DNA from: Candidatus Omnitrophota bacterium
Lineage (GTDB): Bacteria > Omnitrophota > Gorgyraeia > Gygaellales > Profunditerraquicolaceae
Assembly (NCBI GenBank): GCA_041651675.1
Contig: JBAZIT010000001.1
Location: 1 to 49,952, forward strand
DNA: 49,952 bases
Direction of reading: 5' to 3'
Below the pieces are notes generated by a model. It searched no databases. It was not told where the DNA came from and saw only the letters and a program-made list of their open reading frames with translations. Position numbers and translations under genes: made by a program. Shown piece by piece: positions 27,709-35,769 of the stretch (positions are counted from its first letter, which is position 1; each line of letters starts with the position of its first letter).

Positions 27709-28812
27709 TTAACCCTTACCGCTGGAAACTGCAGCTACCCTGACCGAGCTGCCGGGCCTGACCCTTAGGCTGCCTTCTATAATGACCCGGTCGCCGGCCT
27801 GCAGGCCCGAAGAGACCAGCCATTTATCTGCGATAGCCCGATCAAGCGTCAGTATCCGCTGCTGCACTTTATTTTCAGCGTCCACGATTAAAGCGATGGC
27901 CTCGCCTTTCGGATTGCGAAAAACCCCCTGTTGGGGAACAAGAATGGACTGTTCATTAACACCTTCAATAATAACCGCCCGCACAAACATACCCGGCAAG
28001 AGAAAGCCCTGCGGGTTAGGAAAAATTACTCTCAGGATAACCGAGCCGGTTGTCGGGTCCACCGTAATGTCCTGGAACTGCAACGTCCCTTCTAAGGGAT
28101 ATACTGAGCCGTCATCCAAAATAAGTTTAACTTTATTCTGATTAGTATTATCCGGATTAAGCCGGCCATCCTCCAGGCTACGCCTCAGGCGCAGTAGTTC
28201 AGAGGTAGATTGGGGGATGTCCACATAGATGGGGTCTAACTGCTGAACAGTTGCCAGGGCTGTGGGTTGATACGCTGTCACAATGTCGCCGTCAGTTACG
28301 CTGGAAGTCCCGATGCGGCCGCTGACTGGCGAAACAACTTTAGTGTAGTTAAGATTGATCCGGGCAGTTTCGAGTTCTGCCTGGGCTTGCTTGAAAGCGG
28401 CATCCGCATCATCAAATTCCTGCTGGCTGACCGCTTTTTCAACCAGCGCTTCCTTATAGCGCTCAGCTCTCAACTGGAGAGCCGGCAGATTAGCTTTAGC
28501 TTTGTCAAACACTGCCTGAAACGGAGCAGGATCGATCTGATAAAGCACCTGGCCGGCCTTGACTTCCGAGCCCTCGGTAAACAAGCGTTTCTGAACCAGG
28601 CCGTTAACCTGGGGCCGGATCTCGGCAATAAGAAAAGCTGCTATCCGGCCGGGAAGCTCGGTCGTAATGACCAATCGCTCCGGACGCATCTGGACCACAC
28701 TCACTTCCGGGTTCTGCGCTAACGGAGCGCTTTGCTTTGAACAACCGGCCGCTATCAATAACAAAAATGGAATAACCAAAAACCGGAAAACAGAATTTAA
28801 TTTATTTTGCAT
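27709..28812 (-). CDS. RND efflux periplasmic adaptor (AcrA-like)
   Basis: 367 aa. Lipobox-like AAGC plus a coiled-coil hairpin and lipoyl/beta-barrel pattern. Confidence 0.9.
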   Translation of the reverse strand: MQNKLNSVFRFLVIPFLLLIAAGCSKQSAPLAQNPEVSVVQMRPERLVITTELPGRIAAFLIAEIRPQVNGLVQKRLFTEGSEVKAGQVLYQIDPAPFQAVFDKAKANLPALQLRAERYKEALVEKAVSQQEFDDADAAFKQAQAELETARINLNYTKVVSPVSGRIGTSSVTDGDIVTAYQPTALATVQQLDPIYVDIPQSTSELLRLRRSLEDGRLNPDNTNQNKVKLILDDGSVYPLEGTLQFQDITVDPTTGSVILRVIFPNPQGFLLPGMFVRAVIIEGVNEQSILVPQQGVFRNPKGEAIALIVDAENKVQQRILTLDRAIADKWLVSSGLQAGDRVIIEGSLRVRPGSSVRVAAVSSGKG

Positions 28813-28849
28813 TTTTTCTCCAGGCCAATAATAAAATTTAGCGTATTGA

Positions 28850-29518
28850 TCATTTTTTCCTTCCTGCTCCGCTGAGGAATATATCCAGGATAAAATCTGC
28901 GGTATCCTCCAGCTGCCTCTTGTCTTTCAAGCTGTCTTTTAACCAGTCAAAAATAACTGTCATAAAGATAGCGCCGAGTATATCGGATATCTGCGCAGCG
29001 CTGAAATCATTCCGGATTATCTTCTGCTGCTGGCTGCTCTTGATCAACTCAATAACCAGCTCTTTGTTCTGCTGCATTGATGCGGAACGGGAGAGCTTAC
29101 CTTCTTTTAAGATCTGGCCCTTAGTCCTCTCGGAAAAGAATATCCTGAAGAAATCCTGGTTCTTTTCAAAGTGGTTCAGGCTTTCCCGGATAAAGATGCG
29201 CAGCTTATCTTCAGCATCGGCTACCTGCGCCGTCTTATCTTTCAACACGGCCGTTAAATTGCGCATCTTTTCTTCAAGGAGAGAAAAATAAAGCATCTCC
29301 TTATCTTTAAAATACAGGTAGACCGTGCCGGTGGCATACTGGGCCTCATGGGCAATATCCTGCATGGTCGCCTCATGATACCCCTTTAAGGCGAAGACGC
29401 GTTCAGCCGCGGCCATAATATCGGCTTTGCGCAGCTGCTTATCTCTTTCTTTACGGGTCAGATTAGTCCGCATTTTGTTGTTTCCGATTGCTTCTTCAAT
29501 TAATGAATTTGTATTCAT
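28850..29518 (-). CDS. TetR/AcrR family transcriptional regulator
   Basis: HTH region AAAERVFALKGYHEATMQDIAHEAQYATGTVYLYF. I prefer the start at MNTNS (ATG 29516-29518), because the upstream ATG lies inside the -10 region. Confidence 0.8.
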   Translation of the reverse strand: MNTNSLIEEAIGNNKMRTNLTRKERDKQLRKADIMAAAERVFALKGYHEATMQDIAHEAQYATGTVYLYFKDKEMLYFSLLEEKMRNLTAVLKDKTAQVADAEDKLRIFIRESLNHFEKNQDFFRIFFSERTKGQILKEGKLSRSASMQQNKELVIELIKSSQQQKIIRNDFSAAQISDILGAIFMTVIFDWLKDSLKDKRQLEDTADFILDIFLSGAGRKK

Positions 29519-29524
29519 ATTAAA

Positions 29525-29553
29525 AATATACATTCATTTTTACCTTTTGTCAA
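29525..29553 (-). promoter_or_regulatory. putative promoter of the TetR-efflux array, leaderless geometry
   Basis: Minus-sense TTGACA-17 nt-TATATT, then TTTAAT (6 nt) and the ATG. Confidence 0.5.
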
Positions 29554-29570
29554 GGGATTTTTAAAACAAA

Positions 29571-29620
29571 GGGGACGGTTCTATTTTTTATGAAGGGAGA
29601 ATGAAAATAGAACCGTCCCC
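29571..29620 (-). terminator. strong, potentially bidirectional intrinsic terminator after thi4
   Basis: 17-bp perfect inverted repeat GGGGACGGTTCTATTTT/AAAATAGAACCGTCCCC, flanked by T-runs on both strands. Confidence 0.7.
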
Positions 29621-29656
29621 TTTTCTTACCTATATATTAACGCCTGACTATAAGCT

Positions 29657-30430
29657 TTATAACCTTTTAAGCAGACTTTGGGCTACTTTCCTTCCGGCAA
29701 GAAGCATTCCACCGAAAATCGGCCCCATACGCGGGCCTCCGAATACGGCATTGGCGCACATACCGCAGGCATAAAGCCCGGGGCATATTTCTTTAGAGTT
29801 TTTTACAATAGTATCCTCCCCTGCTTGCGCGTGCATGGACTGCTCTCCCATGGTTTTACCGGTTTTAGTATTCAGTTTTATGCCGGATTTACGCTCAACA
29901 ATACGGGCAACTTCTGCCGGGTGGCCTGTGGCGTCAACTACGAATTTGGCCCGCATCGTTACCGGGTCAACATGCAGATTAGCCATTTCCACAGCAGTCC
30001 AGTTCAACACTAAACCGCAGACGCGGCCGGACCTGACCATAACATCTTCGGCGCTGATCAGGTTAAAAACTTTCAGTCCCGCATGCACAGCTTGGGAGCA
30101 TATGGTTGAAACACTGTCTATGGAATCAGCCAGATAATAACCCTCCTCGTATCTCCTGGTCCTTACCCCGAATTCATTGAGGATACCTCTAGCTTCATCC
30201 TGGATCACTATTTCATTAAACATGATCCCTCCGCCCCACATGCCGCCCCCGACTGACAATTTCCGCTCAAAAAGGACTACTTTTTTCCCGGACTTAGCCA
30301 GATAATAACCGCAGACCATGCCGGCAGGCCCGGCGCCCACGATCGCCACATCTACATCCAGAGCATTGATTAATTTTTTCTGGTAAGCATCAATGATCGC
30401 CCGCGATATTTTGATCTCGTCCAATTGCAT
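29657..30430 (-). CDS. thi4: Thi4-type thiazole synthase
   Basis: FAD-binding fold GAGPAGM and [11 protein letters not shown]. It lies behind a TPP riboswitch. The start is at MQLDE (ATG 30428-30430), with AAGGAG 7 nt upstream. The tracked start is a TTG inside the SD. Confidence 0.85.
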   Translation of the reverse strand: MQLDEIKISRAIIDAYQKKLINALDVDVAIVGAGPAGMVCGYYLAKSGKKVVLFERKLSVGGGMWGGGIMFNEIVIQDEARGILNEFGVRTRRYEEGYYLADSIDSVSTICSQAVHAGLKVFNLISAEDVMVRSGRVCGLVLNWTAVEMANLHVDPVTMRAKFVVDATGHPAEVARIVERKSGIKLNTKTGKTMGEQSMHAQAGEDTIVKNSKEICPGLYACGMCANAVFGGPRMGPIFGGMLLAGRKVAQSLLKRL

Positions 30431-30455
30431 AATAGCTCCTTTCAATATACACCCA

Positions 30456-30631
30456 ACAAAAAACCCCTATGCCAGGTGCATAAGGGTTACAACTCAGGCC
30501 TCCTTTCCCTCCGCTGGCATTATCCAGTCCGCCACAAGATGTGGCGGATCCGCCAAGAATTATGGCGGAATCAGGTTCATCGGGTAATCCGCTTACCGCG
30601 CGGAACTCTCAGGCTGCTTAACAGCCTCCCC
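30456..30631 (-). promoter_or_regulatory. TPP (THI-box) riboswitch with terminator expression platform
   Basis: Minus-sense GGGGAGGC...CCUGAGA...ACCCGAUGAACCUGAU...(long P3 insert)...CUGGAUAAUGCCAGCGGAGGGAA. A hairpin CCCUUAUGC/GCAUAGGGG plus U6 follows, before the thi4 SD. Confidence 0.85.
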
Positions 30632-30648
30632 ATCTTAACTATTTATTG

Positions 30649-30677
30649 ATTAAAACACAAAAAGCAGATTTTGTCAA
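30649..30677 (-). promoter_or_regulatory. putative promoter of the riboswitch-thi4 unit
   Basis: Minus-sense TTGACA-17 nt-TTTAAT, about 15 nt upstream of the aptamer 5' end. Confidence 0.4.
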
Positions 30678-30691
30678 GCCGGGTAACACAA

Positions 30692-31546
30692 TCAGCTTAA
30701 TTCTTTAAGGCAAGCGCTTAGGTCAATATTCTCAATCTTCTCTTCCACTAATGGCGGAATATTATTCAATCCGCTCCTATCTTCATAACTTTCCCCGTCT
30801 TGACGGTAGATCACTCCGGTAGGGATCTTATCTCCCCATTCCCCGGCTTTCTGAAAAGCAGCTGCTTTATCCCCGGGATTATAAGAGTTACTATCTATTT
30901 TATATACTCTCTGGCTATACCATTCATAGGTATTCTTCTTATTATAGGTCACGCAGGGCTGCAATACTTCGATTAAAGAAAAGCCTTTATGTTTTATCCC
31001 TTCGCCGATCAACCAGGCTAAATGATCAGAATCCTTAGAATAACCCCGGGACACAAATCCACAGCCCAACGTAATAGCCATTTCTAAAGCATGCATCGGC
31101 TCCAGGATCACGCCATTAGTCTGGACTTTAGTTTTATAGCCTAAATCCGTGGTCGGCGAAGCCTGGCCCTTAGTCAAACCGTAGATCTGGTTATTGTGGA
31201 CGATAACAGTGATATCGAGATTACGCCGGATATTATGGATAAGATGATTGCCGCCCTCGCCATAACAATCTCCATCTCCAGTAGTAATAATTACCGTTAA
31301 GGAACGGTTAGCAATCTTTGCCCCTGCCGCTGCAGGTAGGGCCCTGCCGTGAAGACCGTTGAAACAGTTACATTTTATGTAATGCGGTAACTTCGCCGCC
31401 TGGCCTATACCTGAAACAAGTAAAATATCTTTCGGCTCTTTACCTAAAGTAACCAGGGCTTTCTTCAGGCTGTTAAGGATACCGAAATCTCCGCAACCCG
31501 GGCACCAGGTTATCTCGTCATTACTTTTAAAATCATTAATATTCAT
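30692..31546 (-). CDS. 2-oxoacid:ferredoxin oxidoreductase beta subunit (TPP-binding)
   Basis: 284 aa. N-terminal WCPGCGDFG and the TPP motif GDGDCYGEGGNH. Confidence 0.9.
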   Translation of the reverse strand: MNINDFKSNDEITWCPGCGDFGILNSLKKALVTLGKEPKDILLVSGIGQAAKLPHYIKCNCFNGLHGRALPAAAGAKIANRSLTVIITTGDGDCYGEGGNHLIHNIRRNLDITVIVHNNQIYGLTKGQASPTTDLGYKTKVQTNGVILEPMHALEMAITLGCGFVSRGYSKDSDHLAWLIGEGIKHKGFSLIEVLQPCVTYNKKNTYEWYSQRVYKIDSNSYNPGDKAAAFQKAGEWGDKIPTGVIYRQDGESYEDRSGLNNIPPLVEEKIENIDLSACLKELS

Positions 31547-33258
31547 TAACCTTTCAACTCCTTTATCCGCTCCAGGAGATACTCCAGATCAAACGGCCTG
31601 CCGTCGTAGCGTAAGACCGAACAACTGACTTTAATGCCTGCCTCCCGCATCAGCAATTTGCCGAGCTGGCCTGCGGCATTATTCTCAACACTGATAATAT
31701 TTTTCTTACCCTTTAACAGGAGGCTTAATTCTGTCACCGGAAAAGGCCATACCTGCGCTAAATGCACAAAACCAAGAGAACCATCAGCAAAAGTTTCGCA
31801 GGCCTCTTGCATTACCCCGTAAGTCGAGCCAAAACCCAGGAGTACGGTGTCTGCCTTCTCTAAATTAAATACAGTAGGTTTTTCAATCTCCTGGACCAGC
31901 CCGGCCATTTTTTTATAAAACCTTTTTTCAACCATTTTTACACGCAAGGCTGCGTCTTCAGTAATATGGCCTTCTTCAGTATGCTCATCGCTATCCGCGT
32001 AGACAACATCATTGATCCACCCGGGGACAGCCCGCGGGGATATGCCAGAAGGAGTTAAGACATACCTTTTATAGCCGCTTAGTTTTGCTGAATCCTCTTT
32101 TGAAATAATATACCTCTGTACCCCCACTTTATTTAAATCTAGCGGCTCGATGTTCCTTAATGAATCTGCCAGGTGCTGGTCAGTCATAATAAAAACCGGG
32201 ATTTGATATTTTTCCGCCAGGTTAAACGCCTTTAAAGTCAGATAGAATGCTTCCTCTATTGTACCGGGTGAATAAACTGCCTTGGCAAATTCTCCATGCC
32301 CGGCGTGGATGACAAAATCCAGGTCTGCTTGCTCGGTCCGGGTAGGAAACCCGGTTGCCGGAGCCGGCCTTTGGGCTTCAACGATAACAATAGGCGTTTC
32401 AGTCATTCCGGAAAGGCTTACCCCTTCAACCATAAGCGCAAAACCGCCGCCTGAAGTCGCAGCCATTGAGCGGGCACCCGCAAAAGACGCTCCGATGATC
32501 ATATTCACAGCCGCGATTTCATCTTCGGCCTGCTCTACTACGATATTAAATTTTCCGGAAAAACGGGAGATTGTATCCATAATGCTGGTTGACGGCGTCA
32601 TGGGATAAGCGGAATAAAATTTGCATCCTGCCTTTATTGCACCAAGCGCGATCGCCTCGTTGGCGTTCATCAGTAACGTTTCTTTAGCCGGCCCAGGAAC
32701 TTGCCTGAACTTTTCATCTTTAAAATTATTCTTCGCGAAGTCATAGCCTGCCCTGGCCGCAGAGACATTCTTTCCGCTTATTCCTTCTTCCTTGCCGGCA
32801 AAGGCCTCTTGGATTACTTCCTCAAGGCGCTCGAAACCTGCCCCGGTTAACCCGGCAATAACACCGCAACAGACAGTATTAATATATATATCGCTGCCTC
32901 CGCTATCCTGGGCCATCCGGTAGAAAGGAACATCAAAAAATATTTTTTCGTCATCAGCAATGCCGAATTTTGCCTTATCCAGGATTATAATGCCCCTCTC
33001 TGTAATTACGGCTCTATGTAAATCCACGCTCTTTTTATCCAGGGCAATAAGGATATCCGCTTTTGCCTTAAGCGCCTGCACCGGCTTATCGCAGATCCGC
33101 AATTGGAAAAAATTATTTCCTCCGCGCACCCGGGACATATAATCCTGATTGGCAAAAATATACCGGCCCAGTTTTTTAAACATAGCACAAAGGGCCGTTC
33201 CGATAGTCTGCGTGCCTTGTCCGGCTTCACCGGCTATCTTAATGGTAAGCTCGCCCAT
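31546..33258 (-). CDS. 2-oxoacid:ferredoxin oxidoreductase alpha subunit with N-terminal gamma-like domain
   Basis: 570 aa. A gamma-type domain (GEAGQGTQT) is fused to the alpha pyrimidine-binding and transketolase-C-like domains. The stop overlaps the beta-subunit start. Confidence 0.9.
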   Translation of the reverse strand: MGELTIKIAGEAGQGTQTIGTALCAMFKKLGRYIFANQDYMSRVRGGNNFFQLRICDKPVQALKAKADILIALDKKSVDLHRAVITERGIIILDKAKFGIADDEKIFFDVPFYRMAQDSGGSDIYINTVCCGVIAGLTGAGFERLEEVIQEAFAGKEEGISGKNVSAARAGYDFAKNNFKDEKFRQVPGPAKETLLMNANEAIALGAIKAGCKFYSAYPMTPSTSIMDTISRFSGKFNIVVEQAEDEIAAVNMIIGASFAGARSMAATSGGGFALMVEGVSLSGMTETPIVIVEAQRPAPATGFPTRTEQADLDFVIHAGHGEFAKAVYSPGTIEEAFYLTLKAFNLAEKYQIPVFIMTDQHLADSLRNIEPLDLNKVGVQRYIISKEDSAKLSGYKRYVLTPSGISPRAVPGWINDVVYADSDEHTEEGHITEDAALRVKMVEKRFYKKMAGLVQEIEKPTVFNLEKADTVLLGFGSTYGVMQEACETFADGSLGFVHLAQVWPFPVTELSLLLKGKKNIISVENNAAGQLGKLLMREAGIKVSCSVLRYDGRPFDLEYLLERIKELKG

Positions 33259-33821
33259 TACGCTTCCTTTTCTTCGAATTGACCGACCATTTTTTTATAT
33301 TTTTCATGAATAAGCAGCCGGTCAAATTCCCAAAACCGGCACAACATGGCATCCTGCTCCTCTTTACTGAAATATTTCATCACCGGTATAAAAAACTGCT
33401 TGTCTTCCTTCTGGATGTGCGGCCTGTACAACCCGGTCAACTCTTCCAGGCCGGCAGATAATCTGTTCAATATTTCCGGACTGCACTGGCGGCAGCCCTC
33501 ATCGGCATCCATACCCAGCTTAACCACCAGTTCCCTGGCAACCGCATGCTCCTGCTGCAATCTTTCGACCATCTCTTTGTCCGCAACGGAAAGCTCACGC
33601 TTTAAGAGTTCAGCAAAGAGGATATCTTCCTCCTTGCCATGATGCGTGCGGTCAGCATAAAAACCGAAAAAATCAATTGCCGCGCGGAGAAAAATTATAT
33701 TCGTTCTGCCGGTATTACGTATATTTAAAGCTTCCTTCTCCAGCAAATTAACCATCCGCTCGATAAGCCGGTGTTCGATCATCAAAGGCCCTATCGGCAG
33801 TATCGCAACTTGAGTACTCAT
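33258..33821 (-). CDS. hemerythrin-like (HHE cation-binding) domain protein
   Basis: 187 aa with IEHRLIERM, THHGKEEDILF and HIQKEDKQFF His/Glu ligand motifs. The TAA stop overlaps the ATG of the OFOR (2-oxoacid:ferredoxin oxidoreductase) alpha gene by 1 nt. Confidence 0.8.
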   Translation of the reverse strand: MSTQVAILPIGPLMIEHRLIERMVNLLEKEALNIRNTGRTNIIFLRAAIDFFGFYADRTHHGKEEDILFAELLKRELSVADKEMVERLQQEHAVARELVVKLGMDADEGCRQCSPEILNRLSAGLEELTGLYRPHIQKEDKQFFIPVMKYFSKEEQDAMLCRFWEFDRLLIHEKYKKMVGQFEEKEA

Positions 33822-33874
33822 GGGATCTTCAGCTCTTTTCTGTTTGACAAAACAATTATATGCCCTGGGCCAAA

Positions 33875-34573
33875 CTATCCTTGCTGGACAACGCGTTTTT
33901 TCATCTCTAAGGTATAAGGAAAAGCCCCCAGCCCCTTGATCTTCACCGGTATCCTTAAATCGTCGGCGCTTATCCAGATCTCGAATTTAGCGGGTTCACT
34001 GGTGAAATGGTAGGCCTTGAATTTACCGGCGGGAACAGTGATATCTTCTATTGAGGACAGCTTGACCGTATATTCTCCGGGCAAGGTTATTGCAAAAGAA
34101 CTTCCGATTTTTAAATCCGCAGCCCCGCGCAGAGAAAAAGGCACGAGGATCGCGTTCTGAATGGGCCTTTTTCCTTTTACGGAATATTCTTCGGTCTTCT
34201 TATCACCTTTAAATTTAGTCAGCTTGAATGAGTTTTCACTGGGAAAATATTCTTCCGTAATATTCTCTTTATGGAACAAAAAAGTGATGTCCCTTTTGAC
34301 TAAAAGCGGCAGGCTCAGGTCGCTTTCGCTGAAGATCACTTCTTTGTCTTTAAAGCCCGCGGCTTCAGTCCTGAAAACTATTAACCTCGCTTTTTTCCCG
34401 CGGAATTCCAAAGGCCCGAAATCCTGGTACTCGCAGCTTCCTACGGGTTTAATATCGTAAGAGATGGTTTCCCTGGCTTCCAGCGCAAAGCAGCGGCTGG
34501 AAAAATAAAAAATGCAGGAAAATAATCCTGCGCAAAAAACGATTGATTTAAATACCGCTTGCCTCTTTTTCAT
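33875..34573 (-). CDS. secreted hypothetical protein, possibly DUF3108-like
   Basis: 232 aa, with a signal peptide and beta-rich sequence. The C-terminal pattern VPAGKFKAYHF...IWISADDLRIPVKIK resembles DUF3108. This is from memory, not a search. Confidence 0.45.
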   Translation of the reverse strand: MKKRQAVFKSIVFCAGLFSCIFYFSSRCFALEARETISYDIKPVGSCEYQDFGPLEFRGKKARLIVFRTEAAGFKDKEVIFSESDLSLPLLVKRDITFLFHKENITEEYFPSENSFKLTKFKGDKKTEEYSVKGKRPIQNAILVPFSLRGAADLKIGSSFAITLPGEYTVKLSSIEDITVPAGKFKAYHFTSEPAKFEIWISADDLRIPVKIKGLGAFPYTLEMKKRVVQQG

Positions 34574-34579
34574 TGATTT

Positions 34580-34608
34580 ATTATAAACATAATGTCCTGG
34601 CCTGGCAA
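34580..34608 (-). promoter_or_regulatory. putative promoter, leaderless geometry
   Basis: Minus-sense TTGCCA-17 nt-TATAAT, then AAATCA (6 nt) and ATG 34573. Confidence 0.45.
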
Positions 34609-34640
34609 GAATATTTTGATTAAAATAGCTGCCTTAAAAC

Positions 34641-35768
34641 TCAACCCAAACTCCTGCGGAAGCGAAAAGCGCTAAAGGTGATCACCAAAATACCCATGAT
34701 AATTAACGGAATAAGCTGTGGCCAGAGAACCTCGATCCCTACTCCCTTCAAGAACAAGCTCCGCACAATGACCATAAAATAACGCAAAGGATTAACCAGG
34801 GTAAACCACTGGATCCATTGCGGCATATTGGCTATCGGATAAGCAAACCCCGATAAGAGCATAGTCGGCATATAAAACAGGAAGACCGACATCATCGCCT
34901 CCTGCTGGGTTGAGGATATTGTAGAAATAAATAAACCTATCCCCAGAGTGGTAAATAAATACACGCAGGTAGACAAAAGCAGTAAAAGGAGATTGCCTCT
35001 TAAAGGTATATGAAACCAGAGGACTCCCAAGACGGTAATCAGGATGATCTGGACCAGCGCGATTATCGCAAACGGAAGGAGCTTGCCGACAATAAGGTCA
35101 AGCGGCTTTAAGGGACTGACAATCAACTGCTCCATTGTGCCGATCTCTTTTTCTTTGACTATCGCCATAGAGGTCAATAAAAGCGACATCATCGTCACAA
35201 TGATGGCAATTACGCCCGGAAGATAATAATTCCTGGAGATAAGATTACCGTTAAACCAGGCCCGGTCCCTCAGATCTACCCTGGGGGAGCTGCCGGTTAA
35301 GCCGGCTGCGTCCAATTCCTGCCTTAGCAGGTCATACTGATAATCGCTTACGATCGTATTAGCATAACCCATAATGACCATTGCCGTATTCGAATCCGTA
35401 CCGTCAAAAGCCAGTTGAATAGAAGCGTCCTTTCCGGCATTAAGGTCACGGCCAAAACCGCGGTCAATATGGATAACCACGCTGGCTAAGCCCTTATCCA
35501 GGATGAAATTTTGCTCCTTTTCGCTGAAGATATAATGCTCCGGGATAAAATACTTGGAATAGGTGAACCTGCGCAGAAGCTCACGGCTCTCCTTAGTGTT
35601 ATCCCGGTCTAAAATAGCCGTCGGCACATAGTTTATGTCTTTATTCGCGGCATATCCAAAGACGAGAATCTGAACCAGCGGAGTAATAAAGATAACCGTT
35701 CTCATCCGCGGGTCGCGGAATATCTGCTTAAATTCCTTAATCAGGATCGCCTTAGCCCGTTCAAACAT
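34641..35768 (-). CDS. ABC-2 type transporter permease (YbhR/YbhS-like)
   Basis: 375 aa. One N-terminal TM segment, a large periplasmic domain and a C-terminal ABC-2 membrane domain. Confidence 0.85.
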   Translation of the reverse strand: MFERAKAILIKEFKQIFRDPRMRTVIFITPLVQILVFGYAANKDINYVPTAILDRDNTKESRELLRRFTYSKYFIPEHYIFSEKEQNFILDKGLASVVIHIDRGFGRDLNAGKDASIQLAFDGTDSNTAMVIMGYANTIVSDYQYDLLRQELDAAGLTGSSPRVDLRDRAWFNGNLISRNYYLPGVIAIIVTMMSLLLTSMAIVKEKEIGTMEQLIVSPLKPLDLIVGKLLPFAIIALVQIILITVLGVLWFHIPLRGNLLLLLLSTCVYLFTTLGIGLFISTISSTQQEAMMSVFLFYMPTMLLSGFAYPIANMPQWIQWFTLVNPLRYFMVIVRSLFLKGVGIEVLWPQLIPLIIMGILVITFSAFRFRRSLG

Positions 35769-35769
35769 A

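Noticed and set aside
30393-30649. Two + strand ORFs (64 aa and 74 aa) in the thi4 upstream region.
   Set aside because: They lie antisense to a clear TPP riboswitch and its terminator. The region is explained by the RNA element.
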